Positions 37,998-42,666 of a DNA stretch of 42,666 bases are shown one piece after another (positions within the stretch are counted from its first letter, which is position 1; every line of letters begins with the position of its first letter). The translations under genes were made by a program, and so were the position numbers. Source of the stretch: Thermomicrobiales bacterium (GTDB taxonomy: Bacteria; Chloroflexota; Chloroflexia; Thermomicrobiales; UBA6265); contig JASGGF010000003.1 of the NCBI GenBank assembly GCA_047605145.1, positions 1 to 42,666 of the forward strand. The letters run 5' to 3'. Below the pieces are notes generated by a model. It saw only the letters and a program-made list of their open reading frames with translations, searched no databases and was not told the DNA's origin.

Positions 37998-38897
37998 TCA
38001 GGCGTCGCGGACGGCGGCGGGCGCGGACTGCGCCAGCGCCACCCACTCTGCGACGGCGAGCGTTTCGGCGCGGCGCATGGGGTCGATGCCGTTGCCTTGC
38101 AGCCACGCAGCGATCTCCGGCTTCGGCAGCTGCAGGACATCGGCGATGGCGTTGGCGACCTGCTTGCGCTTCTGGCGGAACCCACTTGTGACGATCTTGA
38201 AGAAGAGCGGCTCATCCTCCGGCGGCAGCGGGAACTCCGGCCGCACCGTGAGGTGGATCACCGCCGACTCGACCTTCGGCGGCGGAATGAAGACGCTGGG
38301 CGCGACATCGAACAGGATGCGCGGCTCGGCGAAATACTGCGTGGCGACACTGAGGATGGTCATGTCCGGCGGCGCGGCGACGATGCGCTCGGCGACTTCC
38401 TTCTGCAGCATGACGGTGAGCGCGCGCGGTTTGCGCGGCTGCTCCAGCAAGTGGCGCAGGATGGCGGTGCCGGTGGAGTAGGGCAGGTTCGCCACGACAT
38501 CGAAGGGCACGCCGGGCGCGAAGAGGTCGTCCGCCGTCTGGTGCAGCGCGTTGCCCTGAATCAGCTCGAAGTTCGGCAGATCGCCGAAGGCGACCTCCAG
38601 ATGCGCGGCGAGGCCCCGGTCGTACTCGATGGCGACGACGTGGCCTGCCTTCCGCAGCAGTTCCGAGGTGAGGATGCCGAGCCCCGGCCCGACCTCCAGC
38701 ACGCTGTCCCCCGGCCCGACGCCGGCCATGCGCACCATGCGCTCGACGATGCCGCGCTCGAAAAGGAAGTGCTGGCCGAGCCCCTTGTTGGGGCGGATGC
38801 CCAGTTCCGCCATCAGCGCGGACCAGTCGCGGCGCGAGGTGGGGATGCGGCCCGCCGGATTCTCCGGCGGCGTGACGATGACGACCTCCGGGCTCAC
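37998..38897 (-). CDS. rsmA: 16S rRNA m6,6A dimethyltransferase
   Basis: KGLGQHFL, VLEVGPGLGILT, VVANLPY, MLQKEVAERI, FIPPPKVES, RRAETL. Confidence 0.96.
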   Translation of the reverse strand: MSPEVVIVTPPENPAGRIPTSRRDWSALMAELGIRPNKGLGQHFLFERGIVERMVRMAGVGPGDSVLEVGPGLGILTSELLRKAGHVVAIEYDRGLAAHLEVAFGDLPNFELIQGNALHQTADDLFAPGVPFDVVANLPYSTGTAILRHLLEQPRKPRALTVMLQKEVAERIVAAPPDMTILSVATQYFAEPRILFDVAPSVFIPPPKVESAVIHLTVRPEFPLPPEDEPLFFKIVTSGFRQKRKQVANAIADVLQLPKPEIAAWLQGNGIDPMRRAETLAVAEWVALAQSAPAAVRDA

Positions 38898-39946
38898 GCT
38901 GTCACGTCGATTCCGGCGCCGGCGCGCACCTCGCCTATCTCCCACAGCGGCGCATCGGCGGCGGCGAAGGCGGCGCGGACATCCTCCGCGCGGTTCGGGC
39001 AGATGCTGAGCAGCAGGCCGCCGGAGGTCTGCGGATCGAAGAAGGCGGACTGGCGAAACGGATCGACCTCTTGCGCGAAGCGGACACCGCCGGCGTGCGT
39101 GGTGTAGTGGTCGCGGTTGCGCCCGAGGCCGCCGGGCAGGTTGCCGCCGGCGGCGTAGTCCAGCACGCCGTGCAGCAGTGGCACGGCGCCGGCGCGGATG
39201 ACGAGGTTCACGCCGCTCTTGGTGGCAATCTCGCTGCCGTGGCCGAGCAGGCTGAAGCCGGTGACATCGGTGGCGGCGTGGACCCCGCCCGTCTCGCGCA
39301 GCAACTCGGCGGCGCGGCGGTTGAGCGTCAGCATCGAGTCGATGGCGGCCTGCAGGTCGTCCTCGCTGGCGTTGCCGCGCTTGGCGGCGGTGACCACGAT
39401 GCCGGTGCCGAGCCGCTTGGTGAGGAACAGCACATCGCCGGGACGGGCGGAAGCCTTCGTCCAGAACCCCTGCGGGTGGACGACGCCGGTGACGACCAGC
39501 CCGAACTTCGGCTCCGGATCGACGACGGTGTGGCCGCCGGCGATGAGCGCGTCCGCCTCGGCGACCTTGGCCGCCGCCCCGGCGAGGATCTGGCCGATGA
39601 CCTCGGCGGGTAGATCCTCCGGGAACGCCGCGACGTTCAGCCCGAACAGCACCGTACCGCCCATGGCGTAGACATCGCTCATGCTGTTCGCCGCCGCGAT
39701 GGCCCCGAAGGTGTACGGGTCATCGACGATGGGCGTGAAGAAATCGACGGTCTGCACCAGCGCGAGGTCGTCGCTGAGCCGGTAGACCGCCGCGTCGTCG
39801 CTAGTCTGCAACCCAACGAGCAGATCCGGGTGGCTGCCGCGCGTGAGCGGCTCCAGCACGCTCGCCAACGCGGCCGGCCCCATCTTGGCGGCGCAGCCGG
39901 CGGTGCTGGCAAGGCTCGTCAGGCGGATGAGGTCGGTGTGGGTCAT
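38894..39946 (-). CDS. selD: Selenide, water dikinase (Cys-type)
   Basis: AGCAAK with a TGC codon, SDDAAVY, QTVDFFTPIVDDP, AAANSMSDVYAMGG, TDVTGF, DPQTSGGLL. Confidence 0.95.
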   Translation of the reverse strand: MTHTDLIRLTSLASTAGCAAKMGPAALASVLEPLTRGSHPDLLVGLQTSDDAAVYRLSDDLALVQTVDFFTPIVDDPYTFGAIAAANSMSDVYAMGGTVLFGLNVAAFPEDLPAEVIGQILAGAAAKVAEADALIAGGHTVVDPEPKFGLVVTGVVHPQGFWTKASARPGDVLFLTKRLGTGIVVTAAKRGNASEDDLQAAIDSMLTLNRRAAELLRETGGVHAATDVTGFSLLGHGSEIATKSGVNLVIRAGAVPLLHGVLDYAAGGNLPGGLGRNRDHYTTHAGGVRFAQEVDPFRQSAFFDPQTSGGLLLSICPNRAEDVRAAFAAADAPLWEIGEVRAGAGIDVTA

Positions 39947-40171
39947 GGGGAGGGGCTTTCCTGTTAGTGGCGGGACGATGCGTGGCGCAGCACGGCGGCG
40001 GACAGGGCACGGGGCCAGTGGGGAATGATAGGGGATTGAGGGCAGGAGTAGCTCAAACTGGGATCGACGCTGTTTGATGGCAGGGGTTACCGGTTATCCG
40101 CCCGATCTGCTTGCAGGACGAGGAAGCAACACCTGGCTATTCTCGATACAGTATCAGTAAAGCGGCCAAGG

Positions 40172-41323
40172 ATGAGAGAACAGCCAGTGACGATCGATGA
40201 GAATGTCGTCAACCTTAGAGCGCGAGTCATGGAGTCACTCGCATCTCAAGGAGTGTGTCTAAAGCCACTGCCGCAGAAAGTCAACGATGAACGAAGCAAG
40301 CCGATACTCCGCGAGCTCCATAGGGCGGCTGTATCGCACTCTATATCCCGATCACGCGCTGGTCTAGAGCGCCATGAGGCGTCGCTGCTGGAAAGAATTG
40401 CTTCAGGTTCGGAGATCGAACCGAGCAAGATAAGCCCAGCTCTGATCGAGGTGCACCCGGATACGGCTGATGAACTCTTGTTCAGGTATGCGCGGCTGCA
40501 TTGGAGCATCCCCGTGTCGGCTGGCTATGGGCGTCGACTTAGATTTCTCCTAGTCGATACTTGGAACTCGAAACTGATCGGAATTGTCGGTTTGGGTGAT
40601 CCCGTGTACTCGATGCGAGCGCGCGACCAATGGATTGGTTGGAATTCCGAGCAGAAGCGCAGAAGAATTGGAAGCGTTATGGACGCTTTTGTTCTTGGCG
40701 CGGTACCGCCGTATAGCATGATTCTAGGAGGGAAACTCGCTGCACTGTCTCTAAGAAGCGCAGAAGTGAGTCAGGCATTTAGAGCAAAGTACGGGAACCG
40801 TGAGTCGGTCATTCTAGGCGTGAGACATAGCGCCGGACTTGGTCTAGTGACCACAACATCGGCTCTTGGGCGATCATCTCTCTACAACCGCCTTCGCTTG
40901 GACAATCAGACAGCATTCATCAGTGTTGGTTACACGCTGGGATCTGGCGAATTCCAATTTGCGACCGATCTCTATCCTGAGTTGTTCCGGCTAGTCCAAG
41001 ACCATTCGCTTCCAACGGCCAAGAATCAAGCTTGGGGTTCGGGATTTAGAAGCAAGCGCGAGGTCGTTCTAAAGGCATTGACGCTTCTTGGTCTACCACG
41101 CGATCTCATCTATCACGGCGTTCAGAGAGAAATGTTTGTGGTGCCCACTGCCGTAAACACACAACGGTTCTTGCAGGGGCTTGATCAGGACCTCCAGAGT
41201 AATGACAAATCGCTTGAGGAGATTTCTACTTTCTGTATTGATCGGTGGATTGTGCCGAGATCCGAACGTGATTCAAGCTTCAGGGACTTCAAAGCGTCGG
41301 AGTACGCGCTCTGGAGGCGGTGA
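40172..41323 (+). CDS. DruA-like (DUF4338) protein
   Basis: LFRYARLHWSIPVSAGYGRRLRFL, KLIGIVGLGDPV, RDQWIGW, MDAFVLGAVPPYSMILGGKL, TTTSALGRSSLYNRL match my recollection of the Druantia DruA family. Confidence 0.82.
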   Translation: MREQPVTIDENVVNLRARVMESLASQGVCLKPLPQKVNDERSKPILRELHRAAVSHSISRSRAGLERHEASLLERIASGSEIEPSKISPALIEVHPDTADELLFRYARLHWSIPVSAGYGRRLRFLLVDTWNSKLIGIVGLGDPVYSMRARDQWIGWNSEQKRRRIGSVMDAFVLGAVPPYSMILGGKLAALSLRSAEVSQAFRAKYGNRESVILGVRHSAGLGLVTTTSALGRSSLYNRLRLDNQTAFISVGYTLGSGEFQFATDLYPELFRLVQDHSLPTAKNQAWGSGFRSKREVVLKALTLLGLPRDLIYHGVQREMFVVPTAVNTQRFLQGLDQDLQSNDKSLEEISTFCIDRWIVPRSERDSSFRDFKASEYALWRR

Positions 41324-42465
41324 TGTCGATCTCCGAGGAAAACCTGTTTTCGGGTCTACCTGCGTCGCTCCTAGAAGAGGCGCTTACCGTCACCGAGGAC
41401 GTCAGTAGGTTGCTGTTGGAAGATATTGAGCAACTTAGCTCGCGGCGAGCTTCGTTTCGTGAAGCGCTGGAAGCACACAAGTTGGTAATGCGCGAGTCGG
41501 ATCTTGGCATTCCGTTGATTCCGACAACGTGTGGCACGGATGGATCGTATGCGATAGAGCGAATGCTGACGGTCGATTTGGTAATCGCTGCGACGGTAGC
41601 AGTAGAAGGATTGGCGCCACCAAGAGAAACCCGACATTGGCTTGAGCCTCGGCACTCTATTTTCGTTGCTGCAGAGGCGCATTCCGAGGATACGGCCACT
41701 ATTCTACGCGCAGTTATGTTAGGACGAGAACTTTGTTTGGCGGTCGAGGCTCCGCACGACTTAGTGTTGCTGGACATGACCCTCACACTTCCAATAATCT
41801 ATTTCAACCAAGCCATAAATGCAGTCGTGAATTCTTCTGCCAAATGCGCGACCGAGTTTTCCAGTCATGTCAATGAGTACTTGATGGCCTACGCTGACAT
41901 ATTGGTGTCGGCCAGGTCCGATCACTACTTTGCTGGATTTCCGAAGTATTCCACTCGACGAGAGATATGTGATCTGCTTGGATGGCAGGGCCCCTATGAC
42001 GACAGGGGGCTTCTTTCGCTGGTGCTGGGAGGAGGCGAACTCACAAGGCCGATGCCAATCACGCAACCAGACCAACAGTGGCATTTGTCCACTGCCAATT
42101 TGGAGAACCAAGCGTCGGTTCGAACGGCAGTTGGGAGAATTCTGGACGGGCTCAGCGAATTGCACGTTTTCTATTACCGGCCGCAGTCGTGGCTGCCTGC
42201 TCTTCGCATTGAGGTATCCGGAGCAATTGCCAACAATGCGGCGCGGCTTTCAACAGTCGTGCAGGGCGTAAAAGCGCAGTGCGCTACAGCAGCCATGTTG
42301 GAGCCCTACCCGTTGTATCTCGCAGATAGAACCGTAAAAGCAGCAGCGCGTTCGTTGCCTGCTCTCCGACACATTTCGTCTCAGACGCTTGCATCTAGCT
42401 ATTCTGGAAGCTTGGGCGACGTTTTTCTGGCAATGCACGGCTACCGCAGTGAGTCAGGAGCTTGA
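41320..42465 (+). CDS. NurA-like nuclease (RNase H-like fold)
   Basis: CGTDGS first acidic motif, LVLLDMTL second motif, GFPK, C-terminal EPYPLYLADRTVK; start overlaps the upstream stop (GTG 41320 or ATG 41323). Confidence 0.82.
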   Translation: MMSISEENLFSGLPASLLEEALTVTEDVSRLLLEDIEQLSSRRASFREALEAHKLVMRESDLGIPLIPTTCGTDGSYAIERMLTVDLVIAATVAVEGLAPPRETRHWLEPRHSIFVAAEAHSEDTATILRAVMLGRELCLAVEAPHDLVLLDMTLTLPIIYFNQAINAVVNSSAKCATEFSSHVNEYLMAYADILVSARSDHYFAGFPKYSTRREICDLLGWQGPYDDRGLLSLVLGGGELTRPMPITQPDQQWHLSTANLENQASVRTAVGRILDGLSELHVFYYRPQSWLPALRIEVSGAIANNAARLSTVVQGVKAQCATAAMLEPYPLYLADRTVKAAARSLPALRHISSQTLASSYSGSLGDVFLAMHGYRSESGA

Positions 42466-42469
42466 ACTG

Positions 42470-42666
42470 ATGCAAAAGCCTGAGAAGTCCGTATCTCAAA
42501 TTGTTGATTCAAGCGAGAGGCTGGGCGTGCTCGGGTCACCCTCAACAACGCACGAATTGACCTTGGACATTCTTGGCGCCGCTGCGAGTAGGAAGTTGGT
42601 CGGGGAGTTCGCGCTGTTCAGGTTCTTGCAAGATAACGCGGCGCACTTTGCACTGGGACAGATCAG
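42470..42666 (+). CDS. Probable HerA-like ATPase, N-terminal HAS-barrel region (3' truncated by window)
   Basis: ATG 4 bp after the NurA stop with AGGAG upstream; open to window end: MQKPEKSVSQIVDSSERLGVLGSPSTTHELTLDILGAAASRKLVGEFALFRFLQDNAAHFALGQI; G-x-V/L...GEF...LGQI pattern of HAS barrels; no ATPase motif visible. Confidence 0.62.
   Translation, partial: MQKPEKSVSQIVDSSERLGVLGSPSTTHELTLDILGAAASRKLVGEFALFRFLQDNAAHFALGQI

Larger units (their letters stand above)
40000..42666. other. Left end of a low-GC, probably horizontally acquired island
   Basis: Hand counts: 31/60 GC at 40201-40260 and 23/60 at 41761-41820 versus 47/60 at 39121-39180; frequent CTA/TTA/AGA/ATA codons that are rare in the host genes; boundary approximate. 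Confidence 0.8.

Noticed and set aside
39890-39900. Selenocysteine (UGA) in the SelD active site
   Set aside because: The codon is TGC (Cys) and the frame is uninterrupted
40172-42666. Complete canonical Druantia system
   Set aside because: Only a DruA-like gene is visible; the next genes are NurA-like and HerA-like, and no DruE is seen within the window

Overview
High-GC bacterial chromosome segment; gene content and protein style suggest Chloroflexota (Thermomicrobia-like), which is an inference. Left to right it holds the end of the ribosomal alpha operon (rpmJ tail, rpsM, rpsK, rpoA, rplQ, truA, rplM, rpsI, with no rpsD) and a pyrimidine operon (pyrC-carA-carB-pyrK-pyrD-cax-pyrE) behind a terminator-containing leader. 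Next come a heavily nested repeat region, hspR-clpB, two tandem secreted DUF3352-like proteins, an orphan Tat-type peptide-binding protein, a PHP/Schlafen-like gene coupled to DUF72, and a minus-strand selD-rsmA-ispE-pknB-like-comEC-like operon. From about 40,000 the GC content drops sharply. There a three-gene cassette begins: a DruA/DUF4338-like protein, a NurA-like nuclease and the N-terminus of a probable HerA-like ATPase, cut by the window end. This cassette is the best candidate for an undescribed defence or DNA-processing system. Also notable are a 270-bp in-frame insertion of palindromic repeats inside ispE and a 216-bp MITE with a clear target-site duplication inserted into a copy of the same repeat family. 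All family assignments come from motif recognition by eye, not database searches.
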